A DNA stretch of 64,000 nucleotides from an uncultured Gemmatimonadales bacterium (GTDB taxonomy: Bacteria; Gemmatimonadota; Gemmatimonadetes; Longimicrobiales; RSA9). The translations under genes and the position numbers were made by a program. Numbering within the stretch: the stretch's first letter is position 1; each line of letters starts with the position of its first letter. This document shows positions 20,305-30,724 of this stretch, one piece after another. The notes under the pieces were generated by a model that was not told where the DNA came from, ran no database searches, and saw only the letters and a program-made list of their open reading frames with translations. The stretch covers positions 4,512,001-4,576,000 of the forward strand of contig OY970192.1 in the NCBI GenBank assembly GCA_963708135.1, written 5' to 3'.

Positions 20305-23118
20305 ATGCGGACCACGAGCCGCCGGTCGCCGCACCGACTGTGGCTGCGCCCCGGGCTCCGCGCGCTCCTCGCCGCCGCCATCCTGCCGGCCGCCGCATCC
20401 GCGCAGCGCCCCGCCGCGGCCGCGCCGGCGCACGCGCGCCAGGCCACGCGCGCGCCGGCCGTCTCCGCGGCCGGCGGCGGGCTGACCACGAAGACCCTCG
20501 ACGCCCTGAAGCTCCGCTTCATCGGGCCCGCGGTCATGAGCGGGCGCATTACCGCGCTCGCCGTCCCGGCGGCGGCCGCGGGGCGGGTGATCTATGCCGG
20601 CTCGGCATCGGGCGGCGTGTGGAAGACCGACAACGCCGGCACGACGTGGACGCCGGCGTTCCAGGATGGCGGCTTCTCCTCGATCGGCGACGTGGCCGTC
20701 GCGCCCTCGGACCCGGACGTGGTGTGGGTCGGCACCGGCGAGCGCAACTCCCTGCGCTCCAACGGCTGGGGCGACGGCGTGTACCGCTCGACGGATGGCG
20801 GCAGGACCTGGAAGCACATGGGGCTCGACGAAACGCGCGAGATCGGCCGGATCGTGATCGACCCGAGGAACCCCGACGTGGTCTACGTCGCCGCGCTCGG
20901 GCACCTGTGGGGACCGAACCCCGAGCGCGGCATCTACCGCACAAACGATGCGGGCCGGACCTGGAAGCGCCTGCTCTTCGTCGATGACACGACCGGGTTC
21001 GTCAACCTGAAGATCGATCCCCACGATCCGGACGTCCTCTACGCCGCCTCCTGGCACCGGCTGCGTTGGGGCGGCCCCCGGATGGAGGGAGCGGGCGCCG
21101 GCAGCGGCATCTGGAAGACGACGGACGGCGGCGCCACCTGGACCCGCCTCACCGAGTCCAGACTCGACGACGGCCTGCCCTCCTCCGACCTCGGCCGCAT
21201 CGGGCTCGCCCTCTCGCCGAAGGACCCGCGCATCCTCTACGCCGTCGTACAGGTGGCGAAGGCGTCCACCAATGCCCGCCTCTCCGCATTCGGCGGCGTA
21301 TTCCGGACCGACGACGCCGGCGCGCACTGGAGCCGCGTGAACGATCTCTCCGCCGTTCCCGACTATTACTACAACGACGTCTGGCTGAACCCCTCCGATC
21401 CCGACAATGTCTGGTTCACCGCCACCACCCTCGACCACTCCACCGACGGCGGGCGCTCGATCGCGCGCTTCGACACCGGCCGCCGCATGCACGGCGACTT
21501 CCACGCCATGTGGATCGACCCCGCCGACGCGCGCCACATGATGGTCGGCAACGACGGCGGCCTCTACATCAGCTGGGACGGCGGGAAGAGCTGGGCGCAC
21601 CAGATGATCCCGGTCGCCCAGTTCTACGAGGCCGACCTGGACTCCACCCGCACCCCCTACCACGTTTGCGGCGGGCTCCAGGACAACGGCGTCTGGTGCG
21701 GGCCGAGCCGCACGCCCGAGAAGATCGGCATCACCAACGCCGACTGGTACATGGTCTACGGCGGCGACGGCTTCCGCGCCGCAGTGCCCGCGGACAGCCC
21801 CACGCTCCGTTTCGCGGAGTCGCAGTATGGCGACATCACCCGCCTCGACGTGGTCAACTGGCGCTACACCCCGGTGCAGCCGCAGGCCGAGGACGCCGGC
21901 GTCGAGAGCGGCTACCCGTTCCGCTGGGACTGGGACACGCCCTTCATCCTCTCGCCGCACGATCCGTCCGTGCTCTACGTCGGCGGCAATCGCCTCTTCC
22001 GCATGCCGCACCACGGCCGGTCCTGGACCATCCTGGGCCCCGACATGACCCGCGCCGCGCGCGAGCACCCCGAGCCCGACGTCGGCCACACCGCCTACCA
22101 CGCGCTCCACTCCATCGCCGAGAGCCCGCTCGACGCCCGCATCCTCTGGACCGGCAGCGACGACGGCCTGCTCTGGACCTCCGCCGACGCCGGCGCCACG
22201 TGGACCGACGTGACCGGCCACATCCCCAATGTCGCCGCCCGCCACTGCGTCGTGAGCGAGATCGCCGCCTCCCACTTCTCGCGCACCCGCGCCTACGTGA
22301 GCTACGACTGCCACGACCGCGACGACTACCGCCCCCGCGTCTACCGCACCGACGACGCCGGGCGGAGCTTCACCGCCATCGCGCGTGACCTCCCCGCCGA
22401 CGCCGGCAGCCACGTCGTCCTCGAGGACGCGAAGAACGCCGGTCTCCTCTTCGTCGGCACCGAGCGCGGGCTGTGGATGAGCATCAATGCCGGCCGCCGC
22501 TGGGTCCGCCTCCACTCCAACCTGCCCACCGTGGCCATCCGCGACCTCGACGAATCCCCCGGCGCCCGCGAGCTCGTGGTCCCGACCTTCGGCCGCGGCG
22601 TCTGGATCCTCGACCTCGCCCCGCTCCAGCAGCTGAGCGACTCCGTCCTAGCGAGCCGCGCGTTCCTCTTCGACCCGCCGCCCGCGCGCCAGTACGAGCC
22701 GCGCGACACCTACGGCGACGTCGGCGACCGCTTCTTCGCCGCGCCCAACCCCAGGGTCGGCGCCACCCTCACCTACTGGCTGGGCTCCGACCTCGGCAAG
22801 GACGCCACGCTCACCATCCGCAAGGCGACGCCGGGCCCCGCGGCCGCACCGGCGGCCGCCGCCGCCGCGGCTGACACCGCCGGCGTGCTTCGGACGCTCA
22901 CCGGGCCGGGCAGGCCAGGGCTGCACAGCGTGGTCTGGGACCTCACGAGCAAGGAGCCGCGCCCGCGCGAGCTGGGCGGCCCCCTCTCCCCCGAGGAGCT
23001 CGAGCGGGTGGCGCCCGGCACCTACACCGTGACGCTCGACGCCGGTGACCAGACGCTCGTCCGCACGCTCGACGTGCGGCGCGGCTGGTTCACCCGCTCC
23101 GCGGGACTCATACGTTGA
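20305..23118 (+). CDS. Secreted VPS10/sortilin-like BNR (Asp-box) beta-propeller protein
   Basis: Signal peptide; RFIGPAVMSGRI; repeated S/T-x-D-G-G-x-T-W Asp boxes; GNDGGLYISWDGG; GGLQDNG. Confidence 0.85.
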   Translation: MRTTSRRSPHRLWLRPGLRALLAAAILPAAASAQRPAAAAPAHARQATRAPAVSAAGGGLTTKTLDALKLRFIGPAVMSGRITALAVPAAAAGRVIYAGSASGGVWKTDNAGTTWTPAFQDGGFSSIGDVAVAPSDPDVVWVGTGERNSLRSNGWGDGVYRSTDGGRTWKHMGLDETREIGRIVIDPRNPDVVYVAALGHLWGPNPERGIYRTNDAGRTWKRLLFVDDTTGFVNLKIDPHDPDVLYAASWHRLRWGGPRMEGAGAGSGIWKTTDGGATWTRLTESRLDDGLPSSDLGRIGLALSPKDPRILYAVVQVAKASTNARLSAFGGVFRTDDAGAHWSRVNDLSAVPDYYYNDVWLNPSDPDNVWFTATTLDHSTDGGRSIARFDTGRRMHGDFHAMWIDPADARHMMVGNDGGLYISWDGGKSWAHQMIPVAQFYEADLDSTRTPYHVCGGLQDNGVWCGPSRTPEKIGITNADWYMVYGGDGFRAAVPADSPTLRFAESQYGDITRLDVVNWRYTPVQPQAEDAGVESGYPFRWDWDTPFILSPHDPSVLYVGGNRLFRMPHHGRSWTILGPDMTRAAREHPEPDVGHTAYHALHSIAESPLDARILWTGSDDGLLWTSADAGATWTDVTGHIPNVAARHCVVSEIAASHFSRTRAYVSYDCHDRDDYRPRVYRTDDAGRSFTAIARDLPADAGSHVVLEDAKNAGLLFVGTERGLWMSINAGRRWVRLHSNLPTVAIRDLDESPGARELVVPTFGRGVWILDLAPLQQLSDSVLASRAFLFDPPPARQYEPRDTYGDVGDRFFAAPNPRVGATLTYWLGSDLGKDATLTIRKATPGPAAAPAAAAAAADTAGVLRTLTGPGRPGLHSVVWDLTSKEPRPRELGGPLSPEELERVAPGTYTVTLDAGDQTLVRTLDVRRGWFTRSAGLIR

Positions 23119-23156
23119 CAGGCACCATGCACCACTCACCCTCAACAGGAAGGCAC

Positions 23157-26100
23157 ATGATGCAACGACCCTGGTCCGACCGTGCGCGCGGGACCTGGCG
23201 CGCGCTGCTCGCCTCGGCGCTCCTCGCCGCCCTCGCCGCACCGGCGGTCCGCGCCCAGCAGCCCCCGGCCATGCGCTACGACAGCAGCATGTTCAGGGGG
23301 CTCGAGTGGCGCAACGTCGGCCCGGACCGCGGCGGCCGCTCCACCGCGGTGGCCGGCAGCGCGGCGCGCCCGAACGAGTACTACTTCGGCGCGACTGGGG
23401 GTGGGGTGTGGAAGACGACCGATGGCGGCACCACGTGGAAGCCCGTGTCCGACAAGTACTTCCATAGCTCGTCCGTGGGCTCGCTCGCCGTCTGCGAGCA
23501 GAACCCCGACGTCGTCTACGCCGGCATGGGCGAGACCGAGCTGCGCGGCAACATCATGCAGGGTGATGGCGTCTACAAGACCACCGACGGCGGCAAGACC
23601 TGGAAGCACATGGGTCTCGAGAACAGCCAGGCCATTGGCATCATCCGCGTCCTGCCCGGCGGCTGCGACGACGTCTACGCCGCCGTCTTCGGCCACCCCT
23701 ACGGCAAGAGCGACGTCCGCGGCATCTACCACTCGACGGATGGCGGCAGCACCTGGACGAAGTCCCTCTACCGGAACGACCAGACCGGCGCCATCGACCT
23801 CGCGGTCGATCCCGCCGACCCGCACACCCTCTATGCCGCGCTCTGGGACGCGCAGCGTACCCCGTGGTCGCTCTCGAGCGGCGGCCCCGGCAGCGGCATC
23901 TTCAAGACCACGGACGGCGGCGCGCAGTGGACGGAGATCACCCGCAACCACGGCCTGCCGCAGGGCGTGATCGGCAAGATCGGCCTCGCCGTCTCGCCCG
24001 TGGACCACGACCGCGTCTGGGCGCTGATCGAGGCCCGCGACGGCGGGCTGTTCCGCTCCGACGACGCCGGCAAGACCTGGCAGAAAGTGAACGACGAGCA
24101 GAAGATCCGGCAGCGGGCCTTCTACTACAGCCGCATCTACGCCGACCCGAAGGACAAGGACCGCGTCTACGCCCTGAACGTCGGCATGTCGCGCTCCGAC
24201 GATGCCGGCAAGACCTTCAAGAAGAACATCCGTCCGCCGCACGGCGACAACCACAAGCTGTGGATCGCGCCGAACGACCCGGACCGCATGATCGAATCCA
24301 ACGACGGCGGCGCCACGGTCTCGCTGAACGGCGGCGACACCTGGACGGCCGAGGACTACCCGACCGCCCAGCTCTACCATGTCATCCTGGACAACCACCA
24401 GCCCTACCGCGTATGCGGCGCGCAGCAGGACAACAGCACCATCTGCGTGCCCGGCAAGGACTGGCGCTTCAAGGAGGCGGCCGCCCCCTACATGTATTCC
24501 GTCGGCGGCGGCGAGAGCGGCTACATCGCCAACCTGCCGAACGACCCCGACATCTACCTGGCCGGCAGCTACGGTGGCGATCTCTCCGTCTTCAACTACG
24601 CCAACGGGCAGGAGCGCGCGGTCAATCCCTGGCCGGACAATCCCATGGGGTACTCGTCCAAGGACATCGCGGAGCGCTTCCAGTGGACGTTCCCGATCAT
24701 CGTGGATCCGCGCCACCCGAACACCATCTACGCCAGCTCGCAGCACGTCTGGAAGACCACGGACCTGGGCCAGTCGTGGCAGAAGATCAGCCCCGACCTG
24801 ACCCGCCACGAGCCGAAGACGATGCAGGCGTCCGGCGGCCCGATCACGCTCGACCAGTCCGGCGTCGAGACCTATGCCACCGTCTTCACCCTCGCGCCCT
24901 CGAAGCTCGAGGACGGCCTCATCTGGAGCGGCTCCGACGACGGGCTGGTCTACCTCACCCGCGATGCCGGCAAGAGCTGGAGCAACGTCACGCCGCCCGA
25001 CCTGCCGGAGTTCTCGCGCATCTCGCTCATCGAGGCCTCGCCCCACCAGGCCGGCACGGCCTTCGTGGCCGCCAACCGCTACCAGCTCGATGACCTCGGC
25101 GTCTACATCTACCGCACGGATGACTACGGCAGGACCTGGACGAAGATCACCGACGGCATCGCCGCCGGCGACTTCGCCCGCGTCGTCCGCGAGGACCTGA
25201 AGCAGCCCGGCCTCCTCTACGCCGGCACCGAGCACGGCTTCTACGTATCACGCGACGACGGCGCCCACTGGCAGTCGCTCTCACTCGACCTGCCGGATAC
25301 GCAGGTCCCCGACATCGCGCTGACCGACAACGACATCGTCATCGCCACCCACGGCCGCTCCTTCTACATCCTCGACGGCGGCGCCTCCATGCTGCGCCAG
25401 ATGACGCCCGCCGTGGCCGCGGCCGATGTCCACCTCTTCGACCCCGTGGATCCCGTCCGCGGCGTGGACGGCGACGCCTCCTTCTACTACAAGCTCGAGA
25501 AGCCGGCGCAGCAGCTCTCGCTCGACGTGCTCGACGCCCGGGGCCAGGTTATCCGCAGCTTCCAGACGACCGCCGACCACAAGGAGCCGAAGCGCGAGGC
25601 CGGCGGCGGCGGCTTCTTCCGCCGCGGCCAGTCCGCCTTCCCGCCCGACAAGGCCGGGCTCAATCACTTCACCTGGGACCTGCGCTACCCCGCGCCGGAC
25701 ACCTTCCCCGGCATGATCATGTGGGCCGCGCGCGCCGCGGGCCCCACCGCGCCTCCCGGCGGCTACCAGGTCCGCCTCGTCGCCGACGGCAAGACGCAGA
25801 CGCAGCCGTTCACCATCACGCTCGACCCGCGCGTGAAGGGCGTCACCGCGGCCGACCTCCAGGCGCAGTTCGACCTGGCCATGAAGATCCGCGACAAGAC
25901 CGACCAGGCCAACGACGCCGTGCTGCTCATCCGCGGCATCAAGCAGCAGATCGACGACCGGCTCGAGAAGACGAAGGACGCGGGACTCACCCGCCAGGCC
26001 AGGGCCTTCGAGGACCAGCTCGGCGCCATCGAGCAGGAGATCTACCAGGTCCGCAGCCACGCCAGCGAGGACCCGCTCAACTTCCCGATCAAGCTGAACA

Positions 26101-26342
26101 ACAGGATCGCCGCGTTGCAGGGCGTCGTCGAAAGCGCCGACACCCGCCCGACCGCGCAGTCCTACACCATCTTCCAGGCCCTCTCGGCCAGCCTGGATAC
26201 CCAGCTCGCCGCGCTCGACAGGACGATCGGCGCCGGCCTGCCGAAGCTCAACGCCGCCCTCCAGGCCAAGGGCCTCGCCCCCGTCGAGAAGAAGCCCCTC
26301 GACATGTCGAAATCCGACAAGGTGGCCGAGGAAGCCAACTGA
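23157..26342 (+). CDS. Second secreted VPS10/sortilin-like BNR repeat protein
   Basis: Signal peptide; WRNVGPDRGGRS; many TDGGxTW boxes; SNDGGA, GAQQDN and ATHGRSFYILD; C-terminal helical domain. Confidence 0.88.
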   Translation: MMQRPWSDRARGTWRALLASALLAALAAPAVRAQQPPAMRYDSSMFRGLEWRNVGPDRGGRSTAVAGSAARPNEYYFGATGGGVWKTTDGGTTWKPVSDKYFHSSSVGSLAVCEQNPDVVYAGMGETELRGNIMQGDGVYKTTDGGKTWKHMGLENSQAIGIIRVLPGGCDDVYAAVFGHPYGKSDVRGIYHSTDGGSTWTKSLYRNDQTGAIDLAVDPADPHTLYAALWDAQRTPWSLSSGGPGSGIFKTTDGGAQWTEITRNHGLPQGVIGKIGLAVSPVDHDRVWALIEARDGGLFRSDDAGKTWQKVNDEQKIRQRAFYYSRIYADPKDKDRVYALNVGMSRSDDAGKTFKKNIRPPHGDNHKLWIAPNDPDRMIESNDGGATVSLNGGDTWTAEDYPTAQLYHVILDNHQPYRVCGAQQDNSTICVPGKDWRFKEAAAPYMYSVGGGESGYIANLPNDPDIYLAGSYGGDLSVFNYANGQERAVNPWPDNPMGYSSKDIAERFQWTFPIIVDPRHPNTIYASSQHVWKTTDLGQSWQKISPDLTRHEPKTMQASGGPITLDQSGVETYATVFTLAPSKLEDGLIWSGSDDGLVYLTRDAGKSWSNVTPPDLPEFSRISLIEASPHQAGTAFVAANRYQLDDLGVYIYRTDDYGRTWTKITDGIAAGDFARVVREDLKQPGLLYAGTEHGFYVSRDDGAHWQSLSLDLPDTQVPDIALTDNDIVIATHGRSFYILDGGASMLRQMTPAVAAADVHLFDPVDPVRGVDGDASFYYKLEKPAQQLSLDVLDARGQVIRSFQTTADHKEPKREAGGGGFFRRGQSAFPPDKAGLNHFTWDLRYPAPDTFPGMIMWAARAAGPTAPPGGYQVRLVADGKTQTQPFTITLDPRVKGVTAADLQAQFDLAMKIRDKTDQANDAVLLIRGIKQQIDDRLEKTKDAGLTRQARAFEDQLGAIEQEIYQVRSHASEDPLNFPIKLNNRIAALQGVVESADTRPTAQSYTIFQALSASLDTQLAALDRTIGAGLPKLNAALQAKGLAPVEKKPLDMSKSDKVAEEAN

Positions 26343-26365
26343 CCTGACGGGATGCGGGATGCGGG

Positions 26366-26391
26366 TGCGGGGTGCGTCCCCGCACCCCGCA
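26366..26391. terminator. GC-rich hairpin between convergent genes (possible bidirectional terminator or REP-like element)
   Basis: Perfect 11-bp inverted repeat TGCGGGGTGCG-TCCC-CGCACCCCGCA, preceded by short CGGGATG repeats. No U-tract. Confidence 0.45.
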
Positions 26392-26410
26392 GTCCCCGAA
26401 TCCCGAGCCC

Positions 26411-27622
26411 CTACTCATACCTCAACGCCAGAATCGGCTCCATCCCCGCGGCCCGCCGCGCCGGCCACAGCCCGAACACCAGCCCCACCGCGGACGCGAA
26501 GGCGAGGGCCGCGAGCGCGGCCGCCGGCGCCACCGTCGTGTTCCAGCCCGCCACCCGGTGCAGCAGCCACGCGCCGCCGCCGCCCAGCCCCAGGCCGAGG
26601 ACCCCGCCCGCCGTGCACAGCACCAGCGCCTCCACCATGAACTGGAGCAGGATGTCCCTCCGGCGCGCGCCGAGGGCCTTGCGGACCCCGATCTCGCGCG
26701 TCCGCTCCGTCACCGAGACGAGCATGATGTTCATGATCCCGATCCCGCCCACGACCAGCGAGACGAGCGCGATCCCCGCCAGCAGCATCGAGAACGTCTT
26801 CGTCGTCTCCTGGAACGTGGACATGAGCGCCGCCTGGTTGCGGATCGTGAAGTCGTCGTCCGCTCCCGGCCGGATGCGGTGCTCCCGGCGTAGCGCGTGG
26901 TCGATCTCGGCCGTGGCCGCATCCATCGACTTCTCGTCCACGGCCTGCACGTCGATCTGGCTCAGGCGGTCCGACCCGAACACCCGGAACTGCGCCGTCG
27001 CGAGCGGGATGTAGACCATCTCATCCGGGCTCATCCACCCCTGCGACCCCTTGGAGTCGAGCACGCCCACCACCTGGAACGGGATCCCCCGGATCCGGAT
27101 CTCCTGCCCCACCAGGTCGGCGCTGCTCGCCGCGCCCAGCATCCCGCCCACGCTCGAGCCCACCACCGCCACCCGCTGCCGCCCGCGCTCCTCCTGCTGC
27201 GTGAACGAGCGCCCCGCCGCCAGCCCCGAGTTGTTGATGGCGAAGTACGACGGCCACGTGCCCAGCACCGTCGCGCTCGCATTGCCCCCGCCGAAGTCGA
27301 CCTGCAGCCGCTTCTGCATCTCCGGCGCGACGGCCTTCACCGCCACCGGATCCTTCGCCAGCGCGTCCGCATCCGCCGCCGTCAACCTGGCGTTGCCCCG
27401 GTCCACGCCACCCGCGAACTGCTGCCCCGGCCGGACCGTCAGCACGTTCGTGCCCAGCTGCGACAGCCGGTCCTGCACCGAGCGCTGTGCACCCTGACCC
27501 AACGCCATCATCGCGATCACCGCTGCGATGCCGATGATGATGCCCAGCATCGTGAGGAATGAGCGCAGCTTGTTTGCCCGCACCGCGTCGAGCGCGACCT
27601 TAAGGATCTCCCTGGTCTCCAT
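26411..27622 (-). CDS. MacB/FtsX-type ABC permease
   Basis: NKLRSFLTMLGIIIGIAAVI, ISLV-like IALVSLVVGGIGIMNIMLVSVTERTREIGVRKALGA, and C-terminal PILALRYE. Confidence 0.92.
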   Translation of the reverse strand: METREILKVALDAVRANKLRSFLTMLGIIIGIAAVIAMMALGQGAQRSVQDRLSQLGTNVLTVRPGQQFAGGVDRGNARLTAADADALAKDPVAVKAVAPEMQKRLQVDFGGGNASATVLGTWPSYFAINNSGLAAGRSFTQQEERGRQRVAVVGSSVGGMLGAASSADLVGQEIRIRGIPFQVVGVLDSKGSQGWMSPDEMVYIPLATAQFRVFGSDRLSQIDVQAVDEKSMDAATAEIDHALRREHRIRPGADDDFTIRNQAALMSTFQETTKTFSMLLAGIALVSLVVGGIGIMNIMLVSVTERTREIGVRKALGARRRDILLQFMVEALVLCTAGGVLGLGLGGGGAWLLHRVAGWNTTVAPAAALAALAFASAVGLVFGLWPARRAAGMEPILALRYE

Positions 27623-27635
27623 GATGCCCCGCTCC

Positions 27636-28973
27636 TCAGCCGCGCGCGCCGAGCATGCCGCCCGCGCGCTGCTTCATCCGGTCCTGCTGCGCCGCCTGCT
27701 CTCCCTGCAGCCGCGCGCTCGTCGCCAGCACCACCCGCTCACCCGGCCGAAGCCCCGACACCACCTGCGTGTAGTCCAGGTCGTTCAGCCCCAGCATCAC
27801 GTGCCGCGCCTGCGTGCCCATCGCCGTCTGGACGAACACGACCCCCGCGTGCGCGCCCGCCGCTCCCGCGACATCGCCGCCCACGCTGCCCTGCGCCGCC
27901 GACCCGGCGCCGGCGGCGCCGCGCCGTGCCGCACCGCCCGCCGCCGCGCCGCCACCCCCGTGGCCGCTCGCCTGCGCCTGCTCGGACCCGCCGCCCGCGG
28001 CGACGCCCAGCGCCTCGGCCACCGTGCGCACGTCCTTCGGCGCGACCACGGCGTCGTTCGGGACCACCACCGCGTCCTGCACGTCCGCGATCTGGATCTG
28101 CACGTCCGCGCTCATCCCCGGCTTGATCAGCCCCTCGCGGTTGTCCATCTCCACGAGCACCGGGAACATGGTCACGTTCTGGTCAACCACCGCCTGCGGC
28201 TCCACCTTCGCCACCGTGCCGGTGAAGCTCCGGCCCGGGTACGCCTCCACGCTCACGCGCGCCCGCTGCCCGGGCTGGATCCGTCCGATGTCCGTCTCAT
28301 CGACGAGCGTCCGGATCTGGATCCGCGACAGGTCCGCCATCGTGAACAACGTCGTGCCGCCCGACACGGTCTGGCTCGCCGACGCGATGATCTGCCCCGG
28401 CGCCACGTCGCGCTCCAGGATCGTCCCGGCGATCGGCGCGGTGATCGTCACGTCGCCCAGCTTCTCCCGCGCGAGCGCCGCGTTCGTCTGCGCCTTCACC
28501 AGGTCCGCCTGCGCGCTCGCCGCGCCCAGCACCGCCGCCTCGTACTCGTCCTGCGTGATGACCTCGTCCTTGCGCATGAGCTCCGCGCGCTGCTTCTGCG
28601 CGTTGGCGGTCTGCACCTTCACCCGCGCCGCCTGCAGGTCCGCATCCGCCTGCGCCGCCGCGTTCCGCACGTCCCGCGGGTCGATCTCCGCCAGCACGGA
28701 GCCGGCCTTCACCTGCTGCCCCGTCTCCACGTTGAGCGCCGTCACCTCGCCCGACGCCCGGGACTTGACCTCGACCACCTGCAGCGGCTCCGCCGTTCCC
28801 GACGCCTCGGCGGTCACCGACAGCGTCCGCTGCTGGACCGCAACGACGGTGGCGGGCGTGGCCGCCTGCGCGGAGCCCGGATGCGACAGGTGGGAACCCA
28901 CCAGCCACGCCAGGGCGCCGACCACCGGTGCGGCCGCCGCCGTCCATTTCCTTCCACGGGTCCACATCATCAC
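27636..28973 (-). CDS. Efflux membrane fusion (periplasmic adaptor) protein, MacA-like
   Basis: [42 protein letters not shown] and LIKPGMSA. Confidence 0.9.
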   Translation of the reverse strand: MMMWTRGRKWTAAAAPVVGALAWLVGSHLSHPGSAQAATPATVVAVQQRTLSVTAEASGTAEPLQVVEVKSRASGEVTALNVETGQQVKAGSVLAEIDPRDVRNAAAQADADLQAARVKVQTANAQKQRAELMRKDEVITQDEYEAAVLGAASAQADLVKAQTNAALAREKLGDVTITAPIAGTILERDVAPGQIIASASQTVSGGTTLFTMADLSRIQIRTLVDETDIGRIQPGQRARVSVEAYPGRSFTGTVAKVEPQAVVDQNVTMFPVLVEMDNREGLIKPGMSADVQIQIADVQDAVVVPNDAVVAPKDVRTVAEALGVAAGGGSEQAQASGHGGGGAAAGGAARRGAAGAGSAAQGSVGGDVAGAAGAHAGVVFVQTAMGTQARHVMLGLNDLDYTQVVSGLRPGERVVLATSARLQGEQAAQQDRMKQRAGGMLGARG

Positions 28974-29172
28974 GCCACCTCCCTCCGCTCCGGTGCGGCG
29001 CTACCGCGCTCGTCCCGGGCAATGAGTCCGTCCTTCAGGAAGATCTGCCGGTGCGCGTGCGCCGCGATGTCCGGCTCGTGCGTCACGAGCACGATCGTCT
29101 GCCCGCCCTCGCGCCGAGCGCGTACTCCTTCGAAAGCCGCTCCGTCCGGATCACCGCCGCCGGCTCGCTCAT
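28970..29172 (-). pseudogene. Internally deleted, frameshifted MacB/LolD-type ABC ATPase
   Basis: ATG at 29172 overlaps the tolC stop and gives [21 protein letters not shown]. Another frame then gives [35 protein letters not shown]...EVA*, with the stop overlapping the MFP start. Walker A, signature and Walker B are absent; 203 nt in total. Confidence 0.88.
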
Positions 29173-30494
29173 AGCGACCTCCCCGCCAGCGCCTCGACCT
29201 GCGCCCGCGCGATCTGATAGTCGTAGCGCGCGCCCACCAGCTGCGTCTCCGCCTGCGAAAGCGCCGTCTGCGACGTCAGCCGGTCCAGCATCGTGCCGGA
29301 GCCCATGCCGTAGCGTTCCACCTGCACCCTCAGGTCCTCCTGCGCCGCCGCCACCGCCTTCTCCCCCAGCGTGATCTGCTGCGCCGCCGTGTTCAGCGTC
29401 GCCAGGTCCTTCGCCAGCTCCGCCGTGGCCGCCCGGTGCGCGTCGGCGAGCTGCGCCTGCGCGGCATCCGCTGCCGACGTCGCCTGGGTCACCTGCGCCT
29501 GCCGCTGGAAGTTGTCGAAGACCGGGATCGACACCCCGAGCCGCAGCGCCCAGCTCGTGTTTCCCCCCGTCAGCACCGGGTCCTGGTTCAGCCAGTCGTA
29601 GCCCGCGCTCACCTTCACCTGCGGCAGGTAGCTCGCCTTCGCCGCGCGCACCGTCGCGTCACCCGCCCGTGCCTGCGCCTCGGCCGCCTGCACCGCCGGA
29701 GCCCGCGCGATGACCAGCGAGTCGAGCTGCGCCGGCGTGAGCGCCAGCGGCTTCACCTCCAGCGACGTCGCCGCCTCCGCCGTGACCGGCCCGCTCGCGG
29801 CGACCAGCCGGCCCAGGGCGTACTCCGCCGTCGTCTGCTGCCCCTCCGCCTGCGCCAGCGACTGCTGCGCCTGCGCCAGCGAGACCTCCGCCCGCAACAC
29901 GTCCGACTTCGTCGCCGAGCCGACCCGCAGCCGCTCCGCGGCCGCCGACTGCGCATCCTCCGCCTGCTTCACCTGGTCCCGGCTCGCCTTCACCAGGTCA
30001 CCAGCGCGCAGCACGTCGTAGAACGCGCTCTGCGCGTCCAGTACCGTCGTCCACCGCTGTGCCGTCAGCCCCGCATCCGCCGCGTCCGACTCCGCCTGCG
30101 CCTTCCGGAGCTCCGCCTTGCGCTGACCGCCATCGTAGACCGTGAGACCCGCCGACAGGCCCGCCGTGTAGGAGTCCGCCGAGCCCGACACCACCGTGCT
30201 CGTCTCCGGGTTCAGCCGCTCAGTGCTCGCCAGCCCCGCCCCCGTGGTCACCGAAAGCGACGGCAGATACGCCCCGATTGCGGCCTTCTCCCCCGCCGCG
30301 GCGTTGTTCACCGCGCCCTGGCTCGACACCATTGCCGGACTCGCGTGCAGCGCCGCGGCCACCACCTCGTCCAGCGTCATCGAGGGCGGCGTCTGCTGCG
30401 CCCAGCCGATCGACGGCAGCACCAGCACCGCGATCAGCGACGCCACCAACGCCGCGGCGAGGATTCCCCTCGCCCGCTTCCCTGTCCTGGTCAT
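29169..30494 (-). CDS. TolC-family outer membrane efflux protein
   Basis: Signal peptide ending WAQQ; two OEP repeats (AYLPSLSV and [27 protein letters not shown]). GGAGG RBS before ATG 30494. Confidence 0.9.
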   Translation of the reverse strand: MTRTGKRARGILAAALVASLIAVLVLPSIGWAQQTPPSMTLDEVVAAALHASPAMVSSQGAVNNAAAGEKAAIGAYLPSLSVTTGAGLASTERLNPETSTVVSGSADSYTAGLSAGLTVYDGGQRKAELRKAQAESDAADAGLTAQRWTTVLDAQSAFYDVLRAGDLVKASRDQVKQAEDAQSAAAERLRVGSATKSDVLRAEVSLAQAQQSLAQAEGQQTTAEYALGRLVAASGPVTAEAATSLEVKPLALTPAQLDSLVIARAPAVQAAEAQARAGDATVRAAKASYLPQVKVSAGYDWLNQDPVLTGGNTSWALRLGVSIPVFDNFQRQAQVTQATSAADAAQAQLADAHRAATAELAKDLATLNTAAQQITLGEKAVAAAQEDLRVQVERYGMGSGTMLDRLTSQTALSQAETQLVGARYDYQIARAQVEALAGRSL

Positions 30495-30563
30495 CTCCAT
30501 CCTCCCGCCCGGCTTCGCGCCGCCATTGGCCCCCGGGCACATGATGAAGATATTCGGCCGAGT

Positions 30564-30580
30564 TAAACCCTCGATTAACC
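30564..30580 (-). promoter_or_regulatory. Putative OmpR/PhoP-family response regulator box upstream of the efflux operon
   Basis: Minus strand reads GGTTAA-TCGAG-GGTTTA (11-bp period direct repeat) in an AT-rich island, followed by a -10-like TATCTT. Confidence 0.45.
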
Positions 30581-30724
30581 AGGAGTTGGGCGTTGGGCGG
30601 CAGGCGCCCGGCTCCGGCCGGACCTCCCCTGCGGGCACAATGGCGGCCGCCGCCCGCCGCGCGCCTACCTTGCCCCGAGCCACCCTCGCCCCCACCCTTC
30701 CGCCATGCCTGGACCGGCAACGCC

